This document shows, one piece after another, positions 44,283-53,800 of a stretch of 64,000 bases of DNA (its first letter is position 1; every line of letters begins with the position of its first letter). The DNA lies in NCBI GenBank assembly GCA_035628115.1, contig DASPKL010000004.1, forward strand, positions 13,001 to 77,000, given 5' to 3'. Source of the stretch: Phycisphaerales bacterium (lineage in GTDB: Bacteria > Planctomycetota > Phycisphaerae > Phycisphaerales > UBA1924). The position numbers and the translations under genes were made by a program. The notes below the pieces were generated by a model, which searched no databases, was not told the origin of the DNA, and was given only the letters and a program-made list of their open reading frames with translations.

Positions 44283-46262
44283 TCAGCCGTGGCGGTGGAG
44301 GAAGGCCAGGGGCTCGTCCCCGTCGAAGGAGGCGGTCATGCCCGTCTCGAGCGACCACTCACGGGCGGCCTTGAGCCGCCGGTCGCGCATGACGCTCTTG
44401 TGGATGCAGTAGCGGCAGCACCCTTCATCGACGTCGATGAGGAGGGTGGCCCCGCCGCGGATGCGCGTGAGCGGGGGAGCGTCGGGCTTCTCCCCGGCAT
44501 CGGCCGCCTTCTGGTCTTTGTCGGTGGCGTAGACCGCGCGGGACTGCACGAGCTCGACGACGAGGTCGTGCGAGGAGGCGCCGCCCTCGTGCACGCGCCG
44601 CGCCGGGCGCACGCTGCGGACCCACACGGCCGGCCCGCGCCCGCCGGAGAGCCGGCGCACGGTGCCGGGGGCGTTGTGGCCGACCTCGATGCCCAGCTCG
44701 CGCGCCCGGTTGGGGTCCTTGCGGAGCCGCTCCACCCACACCGACGTGATGCGCTGCTGGTAGAGCTGGGCGCGGACGAAGAGGTCGCGTCGGTCCTCGC
44801 CGATGCGGAAGTCGCGGATCGGATCCAGGGGCGTGCCGTCCCCGCCCATCGCGCGCTTCTCGCCGGGGCTCGCCGGGCGCGCGAGCTCGCCCGCGAACCA
44901 TCCGAAGCCGTCCGTCGGCTTGCTCGGCGGCTGCCACAGGAGCGACCGCTCCGCGAGGGACGTGACGCCCGGGGGGAGGATGCCCCACGCGCGGAACCCC
45001 TCGATGAACGCGACGCGGTAGCCCATGTCGTCGGTGGGCCGCACGTCCGCGTCGGCGGTCACGAGCGCCCGGAGGAACTCCCCGAACGTCGCCTCCCCCG
45101 GCGGCATGTAGTCGAGCGCCCGGATGCAGAGGCGGAGCGTGTGGGCCGCGGCGCGCGACGCTTCCTCGGCGAGGCTCTCGACGAGCAGTTCCGAGAGTTC
45201 TCCGGGCGGGAGCACGCCCGTGCCCCCGGTCGCGAGGCGGACGATCGGCCGCGTGCGGCGCTCGTAGATGGAGAGGAACGCGCCGAAAACGGCGGCGACG
45301 AGGATCGCCCCCCGCTCGTGCGGCTCGGTGATTCTCCCGAGCTGCGTCGGGTCGGGCGTGCGCGCCTTCCAGCGCCCGTCGGGCCCGATCGTGCCGATGG
45401 CGCTGCGCAGCGCCCCGCGCCGGCCCGTCGCGGCGCCGAACTGCACGGCCAGCTCGCCCAGGGCGTTCTCGGCGCGGAGGTCGCCCCGGGTGCGCGCGAT
45501 CTGGTGGCGCAGAGCCTTCGGGAGGGAGAAGTGGCTCATCAGCGCGACGATGTCGGCGAACCCCTCGTGGAAAGCGAGGGCGTCGGGCCCGGTGCTCTCG
45601 AGGAAGAGGCCGTGCGAGCCGTCCAGCACCGCGTGCGTCACCTCGTGGGCGATGATGTCGTGCGAGAGGCAGGAGAAGACCACGCCCCCCGGGAGGCCCG
45701 CCGCGTCGCCCGCGCCGGCCGGGAAGTAGCCGAACAGAAGCGCTGCCTTGTCCGAGGAGTAGTACGCGTTCGCCTCGCGCAGCGCGTGCGGGTAGACGCG
45801 GAGCCGGCGCACGAAGCGCTTCTCCCATCCTTTGATGAGCTCGCCCCGGTCGTCCTTGTCGCGGCTGTTCCAGAGGACGCGCCGGCCCAGCGCCCGCTCG
45901 AACGTCTCGATCACGCGCATCGAGACGGCGTAGACCATTTGCTGGTGGAAGCGCGGGTCTCCCTCGTCGGGCGTGAGGCCGTCGGTCGCGAGCACGTTGG
46001 CGGCGTTGAGGTCGATCGGCGGGTAGAAGCAGCCGCTCGCGGGGTCGTGGTCGATCACCTCCAGGTATTCGCCGACGGGCCCGCGGGTCATCCCGCCGCG
46101 CCGGCCCGGCTCCGCGGGCGATTCCCACGGGATGTCGACCGTCGTCTCGTTGATGTCCGCGAGCGAGAGGCGCGTCGCGAAGCTGGGGTCGAAAGCGAAG
46201 ACGCGGAGCGTGCGCCGCGTGGGCGTGTCGCCCTGCATGCGGAATGACCGTGCGGCAGCCAT
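44283..46262 (-). CDS. cytoplasmic M4/thermolysin-like gluzincin metallopeptidase
   Basis: 659 aa. IIAHEVTHAVLDG followed about 20 aa later by AFHEGFADIVA parallels thermolysin HExxH...ExxxD. No signal peptide or TM segment seen. A 15-nt gap separates it from the downstream MBL gene. Confidence 0.7.
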   Translation of the reverse strand: MAAARSFRMQGDTPTRRTLRVFAFDPSFATRLSLADINETTVDIPWESPAEPGRRGGMTRGPVGEYLEVIDHDPASGCFYPPIDLNAANVLATDGLTPDEGDPRFHQQMVYAVSMRVIETFERALGRRVLWNSRDKDDRGELIKGWEKRFVRRLRVYPHALREANAYYSSDKAALLFGYFPAGAGDAAGLPGGVVFSCLSHDIIAHEVTHAVLDGSHGLFLESTGPDALAFHEGFADIVALMSHFSLPKALRHQIARTRGDLRAENALGELAVQFGAATGRRGALRSAIGTIGPDGRWKARTPDPTQLGRITEPHERGAILVAAVFGAFLSIYERRTRPIVRLATGGTGVLPPGELSELLVESLAEEASRAAAHTLRLCIRALDYMPPGEATFGEFLRALVTADADVRPTDDMGYRVAFIEGFRAWGILPPGVTSLAERSLLWQPPSKPTDGFGWFAGELARPASPGEKRAMGGDGTPLDPIRDFRIGEDRRDLFVRAQLYQQRITSVWVERLRKDPNRARELGIEVGHNAPGTVRRLSGGRGPAVWVRSVRPARRVHEGGASSHDLVVELVQSRAVYATDKDQKAADAGEKPDAPPLTRIRGGATLLIDVDEGCCRYCIHKSVMRDRRLKAAREWSLETGMTASFDGDEPLAFLHRHG

Positions 46263-46355
46263 GCGGTCATCCTACCGCGCGGCGGCATCCCGTGCGCGTG
46301 CGAACCGGGAAATGCGGCGCATGTGCACAAAACGGCGCACAAACGCGCTCTTGCG

Positions 46356-47048
46356 CTATACCACGCCCGCGGCGCGCTTCGCCGCCGCTTCCGCGAGGAG
46401 TTCGGCCGTGTCGTAGCACGGAATTGTGTATTCCTCTTCGGCGACGACGAGGGGAAGCTCGCTGGAGGCCAGAATAATCGCCTCGCACCCGCGGGCGTCG
46501 AGGGAGCGGATGACCGAGCGTACGAGCTCCCGGCTCTCGGGCCGCACCGAGCCGAAGATGAGCTCGGAGAAAATGATCCTGTCGAGGGCCTCGACCTGCT
46601 CGTCGTTGGGGCAGAGGAGCTGGATGCCGCGCAGGCCCAGGTGCGTCTGGTATGTGGAAGACTTGGTGACGAGCTGCGTGCCGAGGATGCCGACGACTTT
46701 GCGGCCGTCCGCGGCGAGGGCGGCGCTCACATGCTCGGCCAGTGGCATCCACGGGATCGGGCTGCCGACCTCCGCCAGGTGCACGCCGTGCTGCACGGCG
46801 TTGTCCGGCGTCAGGCAGAACTGCGCGCCGCAGCGGGCGAGGTTGTCGGCGCTCCTGCGCAGGAGCTTGCCGACGGTGTGCCAGTCGGCGCGGCGGATCG
46901 CGTCGATGTAGTCGGAGAGGGGCTCGTTGTGGAGCGTGACCCGCGGCTGCCGGTCGGGCGGCGCGACGCGCCCGGCGTGCCGCGACACCTGCCGGTAGAA
47001 AAGCGCCGCGCCCTCCGGGCTGACTCCCACGATGCCGATGTGGTTCAT
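46356..47048 (-). CDS. aspartate/glutamate racemase family protein
   Basis: ATG 47046-47048 (MNHIGIVGVSPEG) is preceded by GGAGG. A C-terminal GCEAIILASSELPL block is present. The maximal ORF start at 47078 is less likely. Confidence 0.8.
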   Translation of the reverse strand: MNHIGIVGVSPEGAALFYRQVSRHAGRVAPPDRQPRVTLHNEPLSDYIDAIRRADWHTVGKLLRRSADNLARCGAQFCLTPDNAVQHGVHLAEVGSPIPWMPLAEHVSAALAADGRKVVGILGTQLVTKSSTYQTHLGLRGIQLLCPNDEQVEALDRIIFSELIFGSVRPESRELVRSVIRSLDARGCEAIILASSELPLVVAEEEYTIPCYDTAELLAEAAAKRAAGVV

Positions 47049-47133
47049 CAGGCGCCTCCGAACATTCCCGCGGGGCAATGTAGCGCGCCGGCGCGGGGGC
47101 CGGCGCGATCCCGCGGTTCGCTACGCTTGGCGG

Positions 47134-47652
47134 TTGAGCGACGCAGCCGATCCATTCGCGGTCCTGGGCCTGCCCGCGCGGTTCGACCTTACGCCCGCCC
47201 AGATCCGGCGCGCGTACCTCGCGAAGGCGGCCGCGACGCACCCCGACGCCGCGGGGGGCGCCGGGGGCGTGGACACCGCCGTGCTCAACGGCGCGCGCGA
47301 GACGCTCGAGCACCCGCACGCCCGGGGCGAGGCGCTGCTCGCCCTGCTCGGCGGCCCGAGCGCGGCGCAGGACAAGTCGCTGCCGCCGGGTTTTCTGCAG
47401 GCGGTCATGGCAACGCGGATGGAAGCGGCCGAGGATCTGGAGAACGGCGGCCCGGCGGCCCGCGAGCGCTGGCGGGCATGGGCGGCGGGCAAGCGCGCCG
47501 AGCACGAAGCGCGGGTGGCCGCGCTCTTCGCGAGCGGCGCGGAGGCGGCGACCGCGATCCGCGTCGAGCTCAACGCGTGGAAGTACGTCGAGCGGTTGAT
47601 CGAGCAGCTTGACCCGGCGTACGACGGGCCCGGGGACGCGGGGGCTGCATGA
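47134..47652 (+). CDS. HscB-like J-domain co-chaperone
   Basis: J-domain DPFAVLGLPARFDLTPAQIRRAYLAKAAATHPD (HPD present), then an HscB-type helical region LPPGFLQAVMATRMEAAEDL. A TTG start at 47134 is chosen to avoid a 47-nt overlap with the divergent racemase. The maximal ORF starts at 47032. Confidence 0.6.
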   Translation: MSDAADPFAVLGLPARFDLTPAQIRRAYLAKAAATHPDAAGGAGGVDTAVLNGARETLEHPHARGEALLALLGGPSAAQDKSLPPGFLQAVMATRMEAAEDLENGGPAARERWRAWAAGKRAEHEARVAALFASGAEAATAIRVELNAWKYVERLIEQLDPAYDGPGDAGAA

Positions 47653-48986
47653 CGGGCCTGGCCGCGATCTTCCTCCCCGTCCTCGCGCCGCTGCTGGCCG
47701 CGGCGGCGCTCTGCTCCGCGAGCGAGACCGCGCTCTTCGGCCTCACGCACGCTGACAAGCTGCGCCTCCGCCGGACGAACCCGCGGGTGCACGACGCGGC
47801 GGCGGAGCTGACGCGGCATCCGCAATCGCTCCTGGTCGCGATCCTGCTCCTCAACGTGTGCGTGAACACCGCGTACTTCACCGTGGCGGGGCTCGCGGGC
47901 GGTCAGGTCGCGAAGCGCGCGGAGGCGGCGTGGGCCGCGCCGGCGGTGGCCGGCGCCGCGGTGCTCGCGATGATCCTCTTCGGCGAGGTGCTGCCCAAGT
48001 CGATCGCTGCGGTGCACCGCGTGGCGGCGTGCCGCGTGCTGGCCGTGCCGGTGCTGGCGTGGTTCCGGCTGCTGACGCCGGTGCGCGTGCTCCTCACGCG
48101 TTTCGTGATCGCCCCGCTCGCGCGGCTCTTCCGGTCGACGAACGCGCCGGCGCAGACGCTGACGGCCGACGATCTGTCCAAGCTGGTCGAGGCGGGCGCG
48201 CGCGAGGGCGTGCTGCACGAGCGCGAGCAGCACCTGCTCGCGGACGTCGTGCAGCTGTCGAGCCTGCGCGTCAAGGAGATCATGACGCCCCGCGTGGACG
48301 TGCGCTGGCTGGACGCCGTCGGGACGAGCCAGGAGCTGCTGCAGGTGGCGCGGGAGACGGGGTGGTCGCGCTTCCCCGTGTGCCGCGGGAGATTCGACGA
48401 ACGGCAGATCGTGGGCGTCGTGCACGCGCAGCGGGTGCTGCCCGTGCTCGCGAAGCAGGGCGCCGCGGCGCGGGTGGCGCTGCCGAGCCTCGTCGAGCCG
48501 GCGCGGTTCGTCCCCGAGCGCGCCCGCGTCGATCAGCTGCTCGAGTTCTTCCGCTCGACCCGCAGCGACGTCGCCATGGTCGTGAACGAGCAGGGCGAGC
48601 TCACGGGGATGGTGCAGATCGACAACGTCGTGAACGAGCTGGTGAACTTCGCGGGCCCGGCGGAGGAAGCGCCGGAGAGCAAGGTGCGGATGGTCGGCGT
48701 CGGGCGGTGGGAGGTGCCGGGGCGCATGAGCGTGCGCCACTGGGAGGAGTTCTTCGACCCGACGACGGGGCGCGACGGCAGGCCGGACCAGGTGACGACG
48801 GTGGGGGGGCTGCTCATCGCCAGGCTCGGGCGCCTGCCGCGGGTGGGCGACGAGGTGCGGCTGGGCAACGTGCGCATGCGCGTGGAGGCGCTGCGCGGGC
48901 GCACGGTCGAGACGGTGACGGTCGCGGTCGACGAACCCGCGGGGGCGGACGGCGCGGCGGCCCAGAGCGGGGAGGGGGGATCATGA
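47649..48986 (+). CDS. hemolysin-family / CNNM (DUF21)-CBS-CorC_HlyC protein
   Basis: 445 aa with an N-terminal 4-TM DUF21-like region (SASETALFGL), a CBS pair region and a C-terminal transporter-associated domain (GRWEVPGRMSV..., RVGDEVRLGNVRMRVEAL). Confidence 0.85.
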   Translation: MTGLAAIFLPVLAPLLAAAALCSASETALFGLTHADKLRLRRTNPRVHDAAAELTRHPQSLLVAILLLNVCVNTAYFTVAGLAGGQVAKRAEAAWAAPAVAGAAVLAMILFGEVLPKSIAAVHRVAACRVLAVPVLAWFRLLTPVRVLLTRFVIAPLARLFRSTNAPAQTLTADDLSKLVEAGAREGVLHEREQHLLADVVQLSSLRVKEIMTPRVDVRWLDAVGTSQELLQVARETGWSRFPVCRGRFDERQIVGVVHAQRVLPVLAKQGAAARVALPSLVEPARFVPERARVDQLLEFFRSTRSDVAMVVNEQGELTGMVQIDNVVNELVNFAGPAEEAPESKVRMVGVGRWEVPGRMSVRHWEEFFDPTTGRDGRPDQVTTVGGLLIARLGRLPRVGDEVRLGNVRMRVEALRGRTVETVTVAVDEPAGADGAAAQSGEGGS

Positions 48987-49972
48987 CCCCGCTCGAGTGG
49001 ACCGTCTGGTGGACGATCCTCGTCCTCGCCGTCCTCGGGAGCGCGCTGATCGCCGGCATCGAGATCGGTGTGTACTCGCTCAACCGGGTGCGCCTCGACC
49101 TCCGGGCCGGGCGCACGCCCCCGGACCGCGACGCCCGCGTCCTGGCCGGCGAACTCGGCCGCCCGGCGCGGCTGGTCGCCACGCTGCTGATCTCGAACAA
49201 CCTCGTGAACGCGTTGGCGGCGCAGGCGTCGGCGAGCATGATCGGCGCGGGCGCTCTGACGCCCACGCAGATCGCCGTGCTGAACACGGTCGTGCTCGGG
49301 CCGATCCTGTTCGTGCTCGGAGAGGCGCTGCCGAAGGAGGTCTTCCGCGCCGAGGCGGACCGTCTGACGCCGATCTTCGCGAGCGGGCTCCGCCTGCTGC
49401 GCCGGCTGTTGACGGTCACCGGCGTGCTGCCGCTCGTGACGCTCGTGTCGCGCCTGGGCGAGCGGGCGCTCGGGTTGCCGGAGGACGCCGGCGTTGCGCC
49501 GCGGCAGCGCATCGCGATGCTCCTCAAGGAGGGCGCCGGGCACGGCCTGCTCTCCGAATCGCAGCTCTCGATGCTCGACCGTGCGCTCGTTTTCAGCTCC
49601 GTCCGCGTCGCGGACGAGATGGTCTCGTGGGAGCGGGTGCAGGTGGTGCCCGCGGGCGCGGAGCGCTCGCGCATGCTCGACATCGTCGCGGGGAGCGCCC
49701 ACGCGTACTTCCCGGCGGTGGACCGGCAGGGGCGCGTCGTGGGCGTGATCAGGCACCTCGATCTGTACGCCCAGTCGCGGCGCACACCGCAGGACATCGT
49801 GATGAACGTGCCCCGCGTCCGGCCCGATCAGCCCGCGCGCGACGCGCTCGCGGTTCTGCGGGCCGCGAAGTCACGCCTCGCGGTCGTCGAGGACGCGTCG
49901 GGAAGGCCCGTCGGCCTCGTGACCGCGAAGGACCTGGTGGAGCCCATCACGGGGGAGTTGGCGTCGTTGTAG
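48983..49972 (+). CDS. CNNM (DUF21)-CBS domain protein, shorter paralog
   Basis: ATG 48983-48985 overlaps the upstream stop (ATGA) and follows GGAGGGGGGA. 329 aa beginning MTPLEWTVWWTILVLAVLGSAL. CBS-like C-terminal half and no CorC_HlyC domain. Confidence 0.8.
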   Translation: MTPLEWTVWWTILVLAVLGSALIAGIEIGVYSLNRVRLDLRAGRTPPDRDARVLAGELGRPARLVATLLISNNLVNALAAQASASMIGAGALTPTQIAVLNTVVLGPILFVLGEALPKEVFRAEADRLTPIFASGLRLLRRLLTVTGVLPLVTLVSRLGERALGLPEDAGVAPRQRIAMLLKEGAGHGLLSESQLSMLDRALVFSSVRVADEMVSWERVQVVPAGAERSRMLDIVAGSAHAYFPAVDRQGRVVGVIRHLDLYAQSRRTPQDIVMNVPRVRPDQPARDALAVLRAAKSRLAVVEDASGRPVGLVTAKDLVEPITGELASL

Positions 49973-49998
49973 CCGCGCTCGGCGGCGGGAGGCGGGTT

Positions 49999-50430
49999 GT
50001 GAAGGGCAACTGGTGGATTCTCGCCGTCGCGGCGGTGCTGGCGCTGGTCATCCTGCGGGTGCGCGGACCCTCCGTCGCTCCCGCCCCCGCGGGGTTTGAT
50101 CCGGCGATGACGCTCGCGGCGGCGGGTGAACTGGCGGCGGGCGGTCGCAAACCGGTGCTGGTCTTCGCCACGGCGGATTGGTGCGGCCCGTGCCGGGCGC
50201 TCAAGAAGGGGGCGCTCGCTGACGCGAGGGTGATCGGCCTCGTGCGCGACCGCACGATCCCCGTGTATATGGATATGACGAGCGCTTCGACCGTTCCCGC
50301 GGGCGCCGAGTCGCTGAACATCACCGGCATCCCGGCGCTGATACTCCTCCGCGACGGCAAGGAGGTCGCCCGGCTGGTCGGCGCCGTGCCGGCGGAACAG
50401 GTCGCCGCGTGGCTGGAGCAGGAAACGTGA
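49999..50430 (+). CDS. membrane-anchored thioredoxin-family protein
   Basis: GTG 49999 follows GGGAGG. TM anchor WWILAVAAVLALVIL. Active site WCGPC and cis-Pro region GIPALILL. Confidence 0.8.
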   Translation: MKGNWWILAVAAVLALVILRVRGPSVAPAPAGFDPAMTLAAAGELAAGGRKPVLVFATADWCGPCRALKKGALADARVIGLVRDRTIPVYMDMTSASTVPAGAESLNITGIPALILLRDGKEVARLVGAVPAEQVAAWLEQET

Positions 50431-50801
50431 ACGCGGGGGAGCGCCGGTGAATCCGCGGGGATGGAACCCACGAACCGACATGCGGATGCGCACCCGGTGG
50501 CGCACCGGGAGGATCCGTATTCAAACAGAATCCGAACCGTGCTAGACTTCGTCGGATGAAAAATGCACGTTGGATGACCACAGGAACAAGATTTCTGATA
50601 TGCTGAGGCGACGTGCGCCGCGAGGGAGCGATCCCGTGACAGGCGCGTGTGATTGATCCCGAGCGAGTGTTGCCTTGCGAAGGGCGACGCGAAGCGACGG
50701 GCCGACCCGGGGACGGTTTTCGGGTCGAGAGCAAGCCCGACGAGGCTTGAGACGGTACCGTACCGCGATGTGCATGCGACTCGGGCGGAGCGCCCGGGCG
50801 C

Positions 50802-53800
50802 TTGGAGCCACGCCACATGGAACGCAGGACCTTCCGTTCGGCCCGCTTTGACACCACCCTCGTTGTCGCGCACGGAGCGCGCCGCGCGACGCTCGCGTCG
50901 CGCATGGCCCGCGCCGTCGGGCGGGCGATGGGGCTCCACGAGCGCACCGCGAGCGTGGAATCGCTCGAGTCCCGCCAGCTGCTCGAAGGCAGCTTCGACT
51001 CGCCGCTGCCCCTGCCCGGGCCGGACGGCGACGGCCGCGTCGTCTTCGGCGGGAGCATCAACCCCGCGCTGCCGAGCACGAACAACGACACGTACATCTT
51101 CACGGCGACGCAGGACGCGTTCGTGACGGCGCTGGCGGACACGAGCAACGAGAGCCCGGCGTCTGGCCTCGACACGCGGATCGAGATCTTCAGCGCCTCG
51201 CGCGCGGCGATCACCGCCGGCAACGACAACGGCACGGTCACGAGCGGCTTCCTGCGCGACGGCTGGGCGGGCTTCGTCGCCGAGGCCGGCGAGACGTACT
51301 TCATCCGCGTCTCGAGCCAGGGCACGGGCTCGGGCACGTACACGCTGCGGATGCGCACGACCAACGCGACGTTCGACATCGGCGGCGACGTCGCGCCGCC
51401 CGACGTGACGGTGCCCTCGGGCGTCGCGTACGAGGACGGCACGCCGCCGCCGCTCCCGCCGAACAACCCGCGGGCGATCCTGGGTCAGCTCGGCGGCACG
51501 AACCCGAACATCAACGCGCGCACGCGGCAGGACGAGATCGTCTACAAGTGGACGGCGGGCGGCGAGGACTTCTGGGACAGCCTCGTCATCCTCAACGCGC
51601 AGACCACGGCGGGCAACCTGAACGCGCGCGTGGACACGCACCTGGACATCTACAACGAGCAGGGCCAGCTGATCGTTTCCGACGAGCAGACGGGCCGCCT
51701 GAACGACGCGTTCGCGACCTTCAAGGCCGAGCCGGGCGAGACGTACTACTTCCGCGTCCGCAGCGACGAGGTGTCGAACGCGAACATCCAGCTCGCGACG
51801 GGGCCGTTCTATCTCGTGATGGACGCCATCGCGACCGAGATCGACGTCGACGTCATTTCCCGGCGCGGCATCCTCCAGTGGGAGCGGTACGGCAACTTCC
51901 AGCCCCCGACCGTGCCGTCCAACCCGGCGACGCCCGCGCCGCGGCACCAGGCGTCGCTGTACGAGTTCACGGCGCAGGGGTCGGGGCTCGCGTTCATCAC
52001 GGTCATCCCCGACGCGCCGCCGCTCCAGATCCCGATCGTCGATCCCGCCGTGCGCGTCTACGACGAGAACGGCACGCTGCTGGGCTTCAACAACAACTAC
52101 TTCGGCCGCATCGCGCAGCTGCAGCTGAACCTCGTCGCGGGCCGCAGGTACTTCGTGGTCGCGGATCGTTTCGACACCATCAACGACGAGGCGACGAACC
52201 CGAACGCCGGCCCGTGGTACACGGTCACGGTCGAGGCGCACTACACGTTCAGCAACGACCCGAACACTCCGTTCGACGACCATATCGGCACCGACGAGAC
52301 GGTGACGGGCGACCAGGAGCGCCTCTTCGGCCGCGCGACGGCGCTCAACTTCGGCGACCCGTTCCTGACGCTCGACGCGGACGGGAACCCGCTCCGCGAC
52401 AGGCAGTTCCGCGTGCAGACGTCCGCGACCGGCCGCCTCTGGGCGCCGGGCGATCGCGACCTCTTCCAGTTCACCGCGCCGACCGACATGCTCGACCCGC
52501 ACGCGGGCGACAACGACGACGCGGGCACGTCTCTGTTCGTCGGAGGCATCTTCGAGGAGGCGGACCCGGAGACGCCCTTCCCCGTCGGCTCGCGCTCGCT
52601 TGTGACGTGGGACGCGGCGGATTACTGGTACGTCGGCCCGCAGACCCCGCTGCCGGACGGCACGCCCCGGGGGTTCCTCGACAACCCCGACACGGCGGAC
52701 ACGGACGGCCCTGTCATCTACGCGATGCTGGACTGGGAGCCGATCGAGAACGGCCAGCCGCAGCCGCGCCGGCTCGTGATCGGCGGCGACTTCATCCTCT
52801 CCACCGGCTCCACCGTGATGGTGAACCTGGCGGTGTGGACGTACAACCCGATTGCCGGGCGCTGGGTGTGGAGCAACGAACTGGCCGACGGCACCGACGG
52901 CCCGGTGCGAGCGATCGTCGCCTACGACCCGCCGCAGCCGCAGACGCCTCCGGGCCAGCCCGACCCACCGCCCGGGATCATGATCGGCGGCGACTTCTCG
53001 AACATCATCCTGCCCGCGCCCGCGCCGCCGGTGGAGTCGAACCGCATCGCGCGGTTCTCGCCGGACGACGGATGGGAAGCGATCGAGGGGTTCGACGAGC
53101 CCAACGACAAAGTCTTCGCGTTGCACGTGTACGACCCGCAGGACGCGGGCGCGGGCCGGCCGGCGCAGGACACACCGCCGCTGCCCGAGGTGCTCGACCC
53201 CGAAGACCGGCAGTTGTCGGTGTTCATCGGCGGAGAGTTCGAGGGCGGCATCGCCGTCTACTCGCACCGTGATTCGGGCGGCGGACCAGAAGCAGACGTG
53301 GAGTGGGTGTACGACGGCAGTCTGACGTTCACCGAGCCGCCGCCGGGCGGCCAGATCCCGCGGCGACTCGCGGCGACGGCGCCGCCGGTCGTGGACCGGC
53401 TGGACGGTCCGGTGTACGCCCTGAACCAGGTGCTGGTGCCCGAGCAGGGCGACGTGCCCGAGCACCTCGCGCTGGCGATCGGCGGCGAGTTCACCGGCGT
53501 CGACCTCGACGGAACGCTCAACAGCACCGAGCTCGACGCGGTCAACTTCGTCCTGTACGGCGCCATCGATCCCGACCTTGACCTGCAGGACCCGGCGTAC
53601 CAGCCGGACCTTCAGTGGGATGCGCCCCTCGCGGACGACACATTCGACGGACCGATCTACGCGATGACGACGTGGGACCCGCCGGACATCAACGGGGCCG
53701 AGATCGATCCCTTCCTCGTCATCGGCGGCGAGTTCGGCGGCGACGGCTACGAGAACATCTTCGGGTTCAACGGCGTCGGCGGCGTCCTCCTCGGCGAGAT

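Noticed and set aside
41724-46247. 1507-aa plus-strand ORF
   Set aside because: It is out of frame with paralog R and antisense to the MBL and M4-like genes (HxHxDH and HExxH motifs are on the minus strand). It has an extreme Arg/Ala/Gly/Pro content.
50431-50801. Possible sigma70-like promoter (TTGGAT ... TATGCT) in the lower-GC 370-nt region upstream of the giant gene
   Set aside because: The spacing between the hexamers is about 23 nt, far from the optimum. Promoter consensus in this lineage is uncertain, and nothing else supports it.
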